Shown here: positions 1 to 12,025 of the stretch, in pieces
Numbering within the stretch: position 1 is the first letter of the stretch
How the letters are laid out: each line of letters starts with the position of its first letter
Source: Squalus acanthias
Lineage: Eukaryota
Assembly: GCA_030390025.1 (NCBI GenBank)
Contig: CM059433.1
Location: forward strand, 21,268,001 to 21,332,000
Direction: 5' to 3'
Length of the DNA stretch: 64,000 bases
Made by a program: the position numbers and the translations under genes
The notes under the pieces: model-generated
Told to the model about the DNA's origin: nothing
Databases searched by the model: none
Seen by the model: only the letters and a program-made list of their open reading frames with translations

Positions 1-544
1 AGGGAGATAAACTGACTGATAATCCATGGTTTATTTCAAGTAAGCTGAAACATCAGTTATTGTAGCAAATGGGAATTAAATCATGAAGAAAAGTCTTTTG
101 TTGTTTGTGCTCGCATGCATGTGCAACATTATGCTGCAACATTTTTCTTAAGTTCTGTTTTTAGACATGTTAGTGAAAACCACCTAAGATGCAAGTCTTT
201 TTGAAGCATTTTCAGAGTAGTTGGAACAGAAGTGTGAAGGGCAGGAGGTAGGCAGACTGTTGGGCAGCCATGATTCCCTCCTTTGTATTGCTGAAAGAAG
301 CCCAAATATGAATGGGTTGAGTTGACATCAGGAATTCGTGAATACTTCGAGCTCCAACAAGTAACCATTTTGTTACCCAGAAAAAAAATGTGCTGATGTC
401 ACATGAAACCCAGATCAAATAGGTTGATGACCAACGCCACTGTGTTTATTTGCAAATGAACTTTTATTTTATTAGCCTATTATGTAAAAATGGTATAAAC
501 CAAGTAGAGATTGTTAAGATCCTAATTCAGCAGTTGAAGAAAAC

Positions 545-960
545 AAAATAAATATATATATTGCCTTATCACATCTCTAAAAAGTACCTCAAAGTATTTC
601 ACGCACAAGGAATTACTTTGATGTGCAGTGACTGTTAATATGTAGGCAAACACAGCAACCAGTTTACACACAGCAAGATCCCACCAACAGCAATGAGGTA
701 AAAGAGCAATTAGTCTGTTTTTAATGGTGTAGGTTGAAGGAGGAATGCGAGCTCAGGCAACTCCCTGTTCCTCTTCAAATAGTGCCATAAAATCTTAAAT
801 ATGCAACTGAACAACTGTAATAACTGGTTAAATGTCTCATCAAACCGATGATAATTCCAACAGTATAGTGCCCCTTCAGTAATGCATTTACGTGCCAGTC
901 TAAATTGTGTGCTGAAGCCCTAGAATGGGGCTTGAACCCACATTTTTCTGATTTAGATTT
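545..960 (-). mobile_element. Degenerate SacSINE1-like (Deu-domain) SINE
   Basis: Reverse-strand similarity to the copy at 30456-30925 (actccctgttcctcttcaaatagtgccat; cagcaagatcccaccaacagcaatg; cttgaacccac B-box). Confidence 0.75.
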
Positions 961-2456
961 GTGAAGAATATTCATAAAGTTGATGCAGAAAAGCTGGGTG
1001 AGTTAACACAGTTCGCAGTCAATCGGAATTACTCTTTAGAAATCTTCACAGTGTAATGATCCATTAAACTTATTTCTCCTCTGAGGTAACCGTTGCTTTC
1101 TGGCAAGCTGTTAACAACATTTTATCAAATATGGGAATAATTAGTGTGCTGGCAACTTAAATCTGACCTGCAATTGATTGTTTCCAGAAATGGTCGACAT
1201 ACAAATGCTTAGCACCCACATTGTTGGTAGTCAATTGCAAGTGACCTGAGGAGTACTAGAAACCCCCCCCCCCCCCGCACTGATGTGCAGTGGCATTACA
1301 GAGCGTATTTGACTTTTTTCGTCCTCTATTTTATTTGCCTTTGTGAGGTTCAATACAATAAATATCGCTGTTTCATTTAGACCTGCTTCAGTGGAGTCTG
1401 AAGAAATGCAGTATTTTGGATGTAAATCATGTAATCTATCAATACAATGTGTGTATGAAATAAGAGTTTCGAGAAACATTTTGATATGTACAGATGCTTT
1501 CCTACAGAGTCTAGAGATTTGTTTCGCCTCATCCAATTCAGACAATTTTATACTGGTTGCTTTCTTTAATTATAGTCACCGCAAATAATAAAAAATTTCT
1601 TGCAGCATAGCATTGCATCTTGGAGCAAATGCCAAAGTTCAAATGAGTTAATTGCATTTTGTTAATACTGCATTTCATACCGTTAAAAATGGTTAATGAT
1701 TTTTGCACTGTGTACGTAGGCACCTGTATTCTCTTATATATCAGTTCAAAGGTTGAACCAATATAGAACAACTTGATAGAGCTTCAATATGAATTCAGCT
1801 CTCCATACCATTTGCTTCTTTTCCCCTTAAGGTTTAGCTGTTGAAGGAATTTACTGACCTCAAATTTGTTTCAACATGCGGTTTGGATTTATAGAGCTTA
1901 TCTCCTGCAAGAACATAGCTTATTTGTTACCTGACTTCCCATTCAGCACTTTATCCTGTTTCATTGCCAATCACTTCTTTACAGAATCATACTTTTCTTT
2001 ATATCTCCTCTCATATTAAACCATTGCAGTGTATTATCTTTTATTCTGTGTAATCCCTGAACCCTTTCTAATTCATTCTGGACTGTTAATGCTCAGTAAA
2101 ATAAAGTCTCCTTCCTTCAGTGGATCATATTATATAATACTGTAGTGTGCGATTATTTTCTTTATAAGGTCTACTTTGAATCATCAAAATCAGTTCCGTG
2201 CAACTTCTGTTCTGATAAATAGCCTTAAGTTTGTAGCAAATTTGAAGCTTAAAAATTCTTAAAAACCCTGTGAGCATGAACAAAATCTCCCCGACATTGG
2301 CATTAATTGCTGTTATATTGGCAATCGGACTCAGAGGGGCTTCTTGGATAGCTAGTATGGGAAATGCTAAGTTACATTGTGGGGGGAGAGGAAAGCAGCT
2401 TTTACGTTACATATAGCCATTTGACTTGGGACTGTGTGATGCAGACTCAGGGGCGT

Positions 2457-3104
2457 GGGGTAGAAATTGGATCTTGTTGCGCCTGTTTTGCAGGCATTAA
2501 AATGCTGTCACGAAGGCCAATTTCAGAAACCAATATCCTGCGCCCCAGGGGTGTCTGAAAGATGTCCAATCCAATATTGGGTCGAGCCATTTATCAGGCG
2601 TTCTCCACCCAAACAGGCATTAGGTTTTTTACATACAGAAATGAGGGGCCGAACACCTGTTTTGGGCCCCCTCTGCTTAACTGAATACCGCGGAGCAGGG
2701 CAGGAGCCAGACCTGCTCCACTCGGGATTTTTAAGCATTCACTGCAGCCCGAGCAGCGACCGCCACGGTATGTTTTTAACAAGAAAAAACTTGGCTATGA
2801 AGCCAGAAAGAGGAGTGCTCCTCCTGATTCCACTGTTCCTGCGTTCGCACCCCTCCTCCATTGCTACTCCCCCTCCCCCCCCCGCCCCGATCCAGGACTT
2901 ATTTTAGGGCCGCTGCTGGCGAGGAAAGAGGCCCCATATTCACCAATGTAAAATGGACGAGCTGCTTGTGGAAGTGCAACAGGTGCACAAATAATGAAAA
3001 TGAGGCGCAAATTCGGGCTGGCCTCGGGCCTCCTAGTTGGGGTGCGTGCTGTCTGCTCGCCACTGGTTATGCACTGAAAACAAGCCATAACCAATTTCTA
3101 GGCC
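2457..3104. mobile_element. GC-rich MITE, PIF/Harbinger-like
   Basis: Ends ggggTAGAAATTGG ... CCAATTTCTAggcc are inverted. CpG-rich interior carries the shared central hairpin remnant at ~2797-2833. No matching TSD. Confidence 0.6.
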
Positions 3105-3186
3105 AGGTTGCCTCAAGTGACTGACACTAACTTGCTTTGATGAGTGCAAAAATTCAATGAATAAATTGGTATTTAAGTGAAAACAA

Positions 3187-3675
3187 TTTAAAATCATAAT
3201 TCTGATTTGACAATATTGTTTAAAAAGAATTGTGCATTAGCGTTTCTAAAAGTGCTGTTCACACTCGGAAGTCCCCACGTGGTGACTTTCTAATCTCAGC
3301 TGATTCCATTGGGAGAGATGTTTCTCCGCAGGAATGAAGGATCAGGGGATGATGGCGTCTCATCTACCGCTATACACCATGGAATCACATACAATACTAC
3401 ATAATAAAGTCAAATCTACCTCGCCATTACATTGGAGTGCTAATGTCTCAGGCATCTATCAGTGCCACTGTATAATCTGCTCAGCAGAGTAAGACAGTGG
3501 ATGAGGCTTCCTTGTCCTCCCATTATTCCCCCCTCTGGAGAAACATCTCCCTCAGCAACACCACCTGAGATCAGAAAGTCGCTGACTGGTAACCTACAAG
3601 TATAAACAGCACTTTCTGAAACACCAATGCAAAGTTTTTAATAAGAGTGACAAATTAGACAGATATGATTTTAAA
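3187..3675. repeat. Long imperfect inverted repeat (fold-back element, arms ~190 bp)
   Basis: The left arm (tttaaaatcata...aaagtgctgtt...gactttctaatctcag...ggagagatgtttctcc) is the reverse complement of the right arm (ggagaaacatctccc...ctgagatcagaaagtc...aacagcacttt...tatgattttaaa). Confidence 0.85.
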
Positions 3676-4129
3676 CTGCATTTATTTACAACATTGAAAG
3701 CTGCAGCGTGAGAGCTGCAAATCCTTTTAGTTCATGTAACCTGTTAAATGCTTGCAGTCTTTCGGTGCTATCTGCGTTCTGTTTTCCTATTCTATGCTTG
3801 TATTTTGCCTTAATAACAAAAAATATGCATTTTCAAATACTGCAGTTTAGCATGACATAAATGTTTTATTCAGAAAAATGGCATTAGATGTTATGGATCA
3901 TTAACATTTCCAATGAAGGGAGCTCAGCAATGCTGCACCTCTGGCACATGGTTGTTCAGATCCAATGCAATGCATAGTATTTACGACATGAATCACAATC
4001 AAATAAGATCAGATTATTAGGACAGGGTGAACTTCTGATTGAATTGCGCGTTGAGTTTCCTGAATGTTGTTTCGCCCTGCTTCAGTTACAGTGGCTGTAA
4101 ACATGTTCTAAGCTCCTCAGGCTCAGCGC

Positions 4130-4500
4130 ACTCCCTAGTTTGGAAATGAACCACACAGAGCAGCAAAATCCAGCTGCTGTGCTGAGTGAGCTGATCTCAG
4201 CTGGAGCCGTGGTGCCACAGCCGGTCTCCCCACCCCGAGCTCGGAAGACAAAATCAGCCAGGGTTCCTCTTCTAGCTCACTTGTCTGGTGGCCCCTTGCT
4301 GGACAGTGTTTGTCTGTGGTCGTCAGATGAGGACAGGCTTGGGTTCAGCTGTGATGTTCCCTGCGATCCAATCGCGGCCCCTCCCGGCACTCGTTATCTA
4401 TTTGTACACAGAATGAATGGCTGCTTTGGAAAGTTACTGAAAGATGGTCAATGCCTGCTCAACTCTACTTTAGCATGAGTCAGCGGGGGGAGGAAGGGGG
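4130..4500 (+). mobile_element. Old tRNA-derived SINE, unnamed family B
   Basis: Shares gctgatctcagc, aaaatcagccagggttcct, gaggacagg and gaatggc blocks with copies at 33960, 45045, 45735, 47740 and 49095. Confidence 0.65.
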
Positions 4501-4501
4501 T

Positions 4502-5114
4502 GGGGGCAATTTTACGAACATACATAAGAACATATGAATTAGGAGCAAGAGTAGGCCACTTGGCCCCTCGAGCCTGCGCCACCATTCAATAAGATCATGG
4601 CTGATCCGATTACTCCACATTCCCGCCTACCCCCGATAACCTTTCACCCCCTTGCTTATCAAGAATCTCTCTACCTCTGCCTTAAAAATATTCAAAGACT
4701 CTGCTTCCACTGCCCTCTGAGGAAGAGAGTTCCAAAGACTCACGACCCTCTGTGAGAAAAATTTTCTCTAATCTCTGTCTTAAATGGGCGACCCCTTATT
4801 TTTAAACAGTGACCCCTAGTTCTAGATTCTCCCACAAGAGGAAACATCCTCTCCACATCCACCCTCTCAAGACCCCTCAGGATCTTATTTTTCCCTGAAT
4901 GCGAGACCCCCGTGAGATAGATGGCCCGGAAGTCAATTCCGCCACCTCCCCTGTATCAGCGGGCTTTGTGATTTTCCCCCACTTCCCACCAACTTCCCTC
5001 CCATTGGCTGGTAGAAATTAAATGAGGCCCGCAAGTTAAAATAGCCCAGACCTAATTTCTGGAAAAGCAGGTGAGTTCTTCGCTACCCACCTGCCCGAAG
5101 TTAAAATTGGGGCC
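4502..5114. mobile_element. Harbinger-like MITE interrupted by a CR1 3' fragment
   Basis: Left end gggggcaattttac and right end gttaaaattggggcc. CR1 sequence is inserted just after the left end. Confidence 0.45.
4516..4888 (-). mobile_element. CR1 LINE 3' fragment
   Basis: Reverse complement matches 8850-9235 (ORF2 C-terminus and 3' UTR), with a (CTTATGT)-type tail at the low-coordinate end. Confidence 0.92.
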
Positions 5115-5612
5115 AGCATCTTAGGGGACAGGAGATGATCTAATGAATCACTAAGCAATTTTAATATTGAACAAAGGGAGCAAGATTTCTGAATTAATAT
5201 TAATTGTATCTTAATGCATTGCTGAGCAACACATACACACCAGTGCGACTTTAGATATATTGGTTAAATGCAATGCTGACCAGGTGACTGATAACTAATC
5301 ATAAACCATAACATCCATAAGGACTACTGTCACGGACAAATCAGTTTATGAGCAATCTGAAAGAAAAGTTAATGAATTGTTGCCTGAACCAGATCCTTTG
5401 TGAGCTCACAGTATTTATTTTGGTGCTCGATTAAATGGGCTACAAATGGCAATGATAACATTTGTGATTTGTAATATACAATATAATTTTGCTGCATTTA
5501 GTTTCATACATTTATTAGTTTCAAATATAATTGAAAGAATTTCAATTCAGTAGATAACCTGTAGATAAACTGTGACCAGTTGATATAACCTGCCATTTTC
5601 TCCATGCTACAG

Positions 5613-5700
5613 TGAGTCAAGGTGGAGTTGCTCTGGTGCCTGACATGTGTCCTGATCCAGGAGTTCCAGAAAATGGCAAAAGAACAGGGTCTGACGTCAG
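5613..5700 (+). CDS. CSMD1: CSMD1 internal coding exon (88 bp; linker plus start of Sushi/CCP domain; probably human exon 8 equivalent)
   Basis: Acceptor ttttctccatgctacAG at 5611-12 and donor GTAAGC at 5701. Translates (x)SQGGVALVPDMCPDPGVPENGKRTGSDV(R), close to recalled human CSMD1 LSQGGVALVSDMCPDPGIPENGRRAGSDFR and clearly less like CSMD2/3. The phase-2 end joins the next exon in frame. Confidence 0.96.
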
Positions 5701-6246
5701 GTAAGCAAAAACTTGGTACTTGCATGAAGGAGATGCTGAAGCAAACCTTTTAAATAAGTTAACTAAGAGTGCATGTTGGCAGTAGAAAGAGTGTGTTTAC
5801 ACTTGGTTATAAAGTGTTGCATTCTCATTGTGTCCATATATTATACCAGAAGCGGAGCTAGAGTAAATACCTATTAGACATATGTTGGCTCAGCACTGTG
5901 AGAATGGAAAGTTGAAGGTGTCAGAATTTATACAACAATCTGTAAGCTATCTGTTGCTGACTGAAATATCACATCAGCTTATACCACATTGTGATGTTAG
6001 TGGCAAAACTATCGGGATCATTTTTACCTGTATCCATATAAATGCAGATTCCATGGTACTAACACCTAAAACACACTATCAGTTAAATGTGTAGTAATGC
6101 TTATTTTGCCTTTACTTTCTTCCCATTGTTACATCCTAACTTCCGCTGACTACTGTCAGTCCTCCTTCTTCAGCTGGGAAATTGAGACAGTCATGCTCAT
6201 GGGCTTTTTTGGGTCAAAGGCAATGGATGAATCTGCCAGAAAGGTT

Positions 6247-6956
6247 GGGCTGGATTCTGTCTTGGGGTCGGGTTGGGGCCGTGTCCTCCACATTTCATGT
6301 TTCCCCCCGACTCCAGATAAATGTGGATGAATGATGCAATTTTAACTTAATTGGGCAATTGAGTTCCAGCATGTGGGAACCCATGAACCAATTAGTGGTT
6401 TCAGCCTGAAACCCGCCTCTGATGATGTCATCATTGCTGACTGCCTGCTCTCAGAGATTGTCTGGCTGCTGGTGAGAGAGGACCTGCCTGGCTTTTGATG
6501 TGATTGGACCTGGATGGAAAATTGATATATATGAGTGAGTGAGTGTGAGAGAGAGAGAGAGAGAGAGAATTTTTTTCTATCCAGACTTTCAGGCCTAATA
6601 CTACTACTACCTTCATCACATCTCCATTGTAATAGTGGACCTGCAGCTGATAGTCAGCTATCCACTTGTGCTCCCGCCAGGTTTCACTGGAGTGTTTCAC
6701 ACCAGGCGTACTTCACGTCAGAAAAGGGTTAAGCTAGCTACAACGATTCAAAATAGCATTACAGACCCAATTTAGGGCTTGTTAAGGGCTGTAATGACCT
6801 CTCCCGCCTCTTGGAGGCGGGACGGAGTCGGGAACCCCGTGACTGATTTTGTCAAAATTGCGTGGAGGCGGGATGGGGTCGGAAACCCCGACCCCGCAAA
6901 TTTAGCCCCCCACACGCCTCCAAACCCGACTCCATGGGTCATTCAAAATCCAGCCC
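6247..6956. mobile_element. PIF/Harbinger-type MITE with 3-bp TSD
   Basis: TIR GGGCTGGATT(C/T)TG ... CAAAATCCAGCCC, flanked by GTT on both sides. Confidence 0.8.
6532..6568. repeat. (TGAG)n/(GA)n microsatellite
   Basis: tgagtgagtgagtgtgagagagagagagagagagaga read directly. Confidence 0.9.
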
Positions 6957-8627
6957 GTTGTTTCTGAAGGGCAGGAGCAAATGCAGTAGCCTGCTGATGA
7001 ATGACAAAGCTCATCCTGTGATTGAGTTCAAATGGTGGTGAAGGATGACAAACACTGAACTCTTGGCTTTCTGGTTGGAAAACAAGCTAGCTCGAGCTAC
7101 TGTATCCCTAGAACAATGTTTGTCTAATAATAGTCTCTCTTCCAGTTCTATCATGAGAGATTCCACTCTTGACAGAACCTGGAATATTAAAGTATGCACA
7201 ATTATGTTATGAAATTGGGAAATAGTTTGTATTTTACAAAAACAAAGTTTCACCTTCATTTTTATTTTAGAACACATAAAAGCCTGATTACCTATTCCAT
7301 GTCATGGTGCTAAACTGCATTGTAAATGTGGTCCGAAGACGTTGCTGGTTAATACTTAACAATAAAACGATTAATAATGTAATATCGTCAAAGCACTTAA
7401 TTACAGAACCAAATGATAACTGGATCACCCGGATTTTTTTAAAAAAGGCTTTGAATATTTCCAAATCCATAAAAAGACTGAAAGAAAAGGATCAAGGCCA
7501 AATGACCCAGCACAAATACCTGAAAAGTCTGGCAATGGAACTGTTAACCCAGCAACTCACATCAGAGAATTGAGGCATATAATCAATTCTGTGGCAGCCA
7601 TAGCAATCAACAGGCAGTAGTTCAAAGAAGAAAGGTTTAAAAGTAAAATTATGCCAATTCCACCCCAATCAGCTTCAATAAGAGCAACTTCTGCTCATGC
7701 AGCACCTTTAACATAGCAAACCTCAAGCCACTTCACAAGAGTGCTCGAGTTCTTACTTAGTGCCTGCATGATTGACATGGAGTGCTTGGTCTGAAATTGA
7801 CACGTTATTGACCAGCTCATCAAATGCATTTCCTAACATTTCTAAACGATTGCTAGTTTCAAAACAAAAATGGTGACTATTTGTTGTTTGGTGGAAATTT
7901 ATCTTCTACAATTATCCTGCCCAATTATTTAATGAGTGGAGACTTTGGAAGGTTTAATGAAGGGTGACCTGCAGGACTGCGGGCGAGCTGACTTAGGCTG
8001 CAGAGCTCATCGGAAGTAGCGATCATTTGCACTATCTGCCGAATCACTCAGTATATCCTGATTCCATTGTGATAACTTACATGCACCAGGTACCTTCGTC
8101 ATGAGCCAGCGCAGGAACCATCTAATTGCAAGGCTGCACATGTGTACACCTTGCATGCACTCAAATAAGAGCATTTTAGGACAACCTTGGGGCAGAGTGG
8201 GAAGTTTAATTTGCCTGTTGGTCTTTATGAGCAAACACTGACAAGCAGACACAGCCCGAGAAATGACAATTGGCGAAGTCAAACACTGATGGTTGACATC
8301 CCCGTGTTAAGCGCTGCATTGACATCTGTTTCTGGCAGAGTAAGGTGATCGAAAACTGTCTAAAATCACAACTGCAGCTGTGGATAATAGTTTACTGACT
8401 TTAAAAAAAAAATTGCAGTCAATATTTCATTACACCTTTGAGAAAATTCATTTCTAAATTTGTAACGTTTCATGTGCTTTGTACAGACTATTGGTTCTGC
8501 TTTGTGATGCCAATGTTTTTCTTTTATTACCCACTGGTGTCACTAACTTAAGGCTTTTATCTCCTCATAACAATTACCCAACAAAAGACAAAATAATTTG
8601 TACATATATAATGGCTCTATGGCCAGA

Positions 8628-9235
8628 CACTACAACTGTACAGGGCGCTGGTGAGACCACACCTGGAGTACTGCGTGCAGTTTTGGTCTCCTTATTTAAG
8701 GAGGGATATACTTGCATTGGAGGCAGTTCAGAGAAGGTTCACTAGGTTAATTCCTGAGATGAAGGGGTTTTCTTACGAAGAAAGGTTGAGCAGGTTGGAC
8801 CTATACTCACTGAAGTTTAGAAGAATGAGAGGTGATCTTATTGAAACATATAAGATTCTGAGGGGGCTTGACAGGGTAGATGCAGGGAGGATGTTTCCCC
8901 TTGTGGGGGAATCTAGAACTAGGAGGCATAGTTTCAGGATAAGGGGTCGCCCATTTAAAACGGAGATGAGGAGTAATTTCTTCTCTAAGAGGGTCGTGAA
9001 TCTTTGGAATTCTCTACCCCAGAGAGCTGTGGAGGCGGAGTCATTGAATATATTCAAGGCGGAGATAGACATATATTTGAGTTACAGGGGAGTCAAGGGT
9101 TATGGGGAGTGGGCGGGAAAGTGGAGTTGAGGCCAAGATCAGATTGGCCATGATCTTATTGAATGGTGGGGCAGGCTCGAGGGGCCGAATGGCCTACTCC
9201 TGCTCCTATTTCTTATGTTCTCTTATGTTCTTATG
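8628..9235 (+). mobile_element. CR1 LINE 3' fragment (ORF2 C-terminus plus 3' UTR)
   Basis: ORF 8651-9130 reads [13 protein letters not shown]...LEAVQRRFTRLIP...RGDLIETYKIL...VVNLWNSLP, followed by a cttatgttctcttatgttcttatg tail. Confidence 0.95.
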
Positions 9236-9519
9236 CAGTGACATTTCAGTGTACTGGTTTAGTAGCAATGTTTTTAGTCCGCTGAAGATTCCTAGCTAAC
9301 ACGAGGATTTCTGTGCTAGCTTACCTACTGCCAGCTACCAGCACAGGAGCCACCTGATCATCTGGAAATGCGTGCACACAAGTTCTCTGTATGCACAGAA
9401 GAGATTTGTGGAGCATTCTAGAATAACCATGGAAGTTTAAATCTTGGGTTGGTTTCTGTCAGCAAATACGATCCCCCCAAAAATACACTGGTTGTGAGCG
9501 TTGCAATACTGAGAGTTGG

Positions 9520-9905
9520 CGTGTATGTGTTTTGGAAGAAAATTGCAGAACCATGAAGGCGGAAGGCTCTCCTCCTTATGGTGGAACAGAGGGAGGAGTA
9601 AAGCACAAAGGGCAGAATTGCAAGAGTGGAGCTTAAAAGAATTGATGTAGGGCTGAAGAAGTTTGCAGAGGTAAAATGGAGTGAGGATATTGAAGGATTT
9701 GTAAAGAAAAGTCTTGAAATTGATGGGGATGTAGAACCAGTTTAGCAAGTATAAGGATATTAGGCCAACAGTACAGGATGACGTAAGATCTGGGCATTTT
9801 GGATGAGCTGGGGTTTGGGAGGTCAGCAAGAAGAGCATTGCAGGACTTGGATCTGGAGGTAATGAGTGTGTTTGAGGGTTACAATGGCAGTGGGGTGAAG
9901 TATGA
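9520..9905 (-). mobile_element. Degenerate L2 LINE 3' fragment
   Basis: Minus-strand peptide LLNWFYIPINFKTFLYKSFNILTPFYLCKLLQPY resembles L2 LHWLPV..R.DFKIL.LVFKSLHGLAPPYLCNLLQP. Confidence 0.65.
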
Positions 9906-10483
9906 ATGAATGGATGAAGATGATGATAAAGGAATTATCTACTGAAGGAAACTCTTTTTATTCTACCATATGACTTGATGTCTGCTTTAGCTTAAGAACC
10001 AATAACAATTGTCTTGCTGCAGCTCCCAGAATATGTATCTACATTTGAGAAAAGTCTTGACAAAGAGAAAAGAACAATTATGGGAATAGTTAACCAAAAT
10101 ACAGATGGAATTTCCACTATGACAGTACTTTATTTAGTTCTGAAAGTAACAAAGGTGGGGAAATTCCCACAGGAGCCTTAATCTTAGGATTCCTTTTGAC
10201 TCTTCTGAATGAGTCCATAGATAGCGAAATGTTACATTTTTAATTGGAAAAGCTATTAAATCACCTTCTGGCTATTTTTTATGACACTAAATTGATGAAG
10301 ACTATATTTATCACTGAAACCATCCAAGTGTGATCTTGTTGAGGTACTCTATATTGCCTTTTTTTCAATTGCAGGACACACTGGCATTTCTACTTTGTTC
10401 CAGCTTCCCAGTGTTGTAGCCTAATGCGCTGACATTACTAAAGCCACAGATCTGGTATCATGTTAACACCGCCTCCAGGTGAA

Positions 10484-10960
10484 TTTTTTTTTTAATTATT
10501 TGCTCACAGGATGTGGGCATCACTGACAAGGCCAGCATTTATTGCCCATCCCTAATTGCCCTTGAGTAGGTGGTGGTGAGCCGCCTTCTTGTACCACTGC
10601 AGTCCGTGTGAAGGTATTGTTGGGGAGTTATACTCTGTCGTAGCGGTTTGGTATAACTGAGTGGCTGCTCGGCCATTTCAGAGGGCAGTTAAGAGCCAAC
10701 CACATTGCTGTGGATCTGGAGGCCAGATCAGGTAAAGACGGCAGATTTCCTTCCCTAAAGGACATTAGTGAACCAGATGGGTTTTTACGATAATCTGGTG
10801 GTTTCATGGTCACAGTTACTAGCTTTTTAGTCCAGGTTTATTTAATTAACTGAATTTAAATTCGCCAGCTGTTGTAGTGGGATTTGAGCTCATGTCGCCA
10901 GATCATTAGTCCAGGCCTACTGGATTACTAGTCTAATAACATAACCACTATGCTACCATT
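10484..10960 (-). mobile_element. tRNA-derived SINE (family C, possibly Meta-domain) with tail shared with the LINE at 55985-58926
   Basis: On the minus strand: A-box-like TAGCATAGTGG, B-box-like GAGCTCAAATCCC, central gttcactaatgtcctttagggaaggaaatctgccg block, 3' ~130 nt matching 58775-58910, and a poly(A) tail. Confidence 0.8.
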
Positions 10961-11252
10961 CCTGATAATGCAAGACAGTTTGGGTTTCAGATGGCTTAAC
11001 CCAAAATGGTTTCTAACAGGACATTAGTGATTACACATCTACTAAAACAGATTTTGCACCATTTTGCAAAGAAACTCAGATGATTGCACGGTAGTTTGTA
11101 AATGGAACTTGATGGACAGTGAAACACTCGTAAAGTTTGCAGATGACAATATAATTGGAGTGGACAGCTACATCTGGCTCCTTTCCAGTTTGAACGAAAG
11201 AAAAGTAACTAGACTCTAACGCTGAGCAAAGTAACAAATTAAACAACATTGT

Positions 11253-11810
11253 TGTCCCGATTATAAAGCCAGGTGGATTTTGGGCCGGTGGATCGTGGGG
11301 TGATTTAGAAACTCAGCCAATACAGCAGAAAACAAGCCCAGGCTATTTTAACTCCCGCTATTCCATTTCCTGCCCTTTCAGGGCGGAAAGCAACTGCCGG
11401 TCTATGGAAGATCGGGCAGCCCATAGTTACCCACTGGCATGCAGGTAGTTGCAGGGAAGGGGGTTCCAGGAGGGCATCGTTGGAAGGAAGTGGGGAAGTC
11501 TGGGCAGGATAGGCCTAAAATTTCCTTGTGGAGCCCAGATAAGCACTCCTGCTCCTCCTGGCACCACAATGAAAGTCAAAAACCTTACTTTAAATGGCTT
11601 CTTTACCTGCTGGGAATGCTGCAGTGGCATTCCCCACTCAGGCCAGTATTAAAACAGCTGTCAGGGCCTGATGACATCATTGGACCCCAATCTGCATCTG
11701 CCAATGAAGAGCCCGTCGGTTGATGGCTCCAGGGCGTACAAGTAACCCATGGCATTTTAACTGACCACCTGCACGGTTTCTGCCCAGCGGGTAGGGTTAA
11801 AATTGACCCC
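11253..11810. mobile_element. Harbinger-like MITE
   Basis: Right end GGGTTAAAATTGACCCC, also seen at 62560-62575. Left end is degenerate. Central hairpin at 11525-11569. Confidence 0.6.
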
Positions 11811-12025
11811 ATATTACTTAACTTCATTGAATAAAGGATTGGTCTTACAAAGCAGACAAGTGCCATTATCTGGTGCAATGTATAATTCAAACATGACAGG
11901 TGTTAGATAATTTTGAAATATAACCATCATGTCATGTCCTATGAATGGGTAATACATTAGGGAAAGTGCAAACCTCTCCAAACATCAATTATTTTATAGA
12001 TTATGTTTTGTTTTATAGAGACAAT

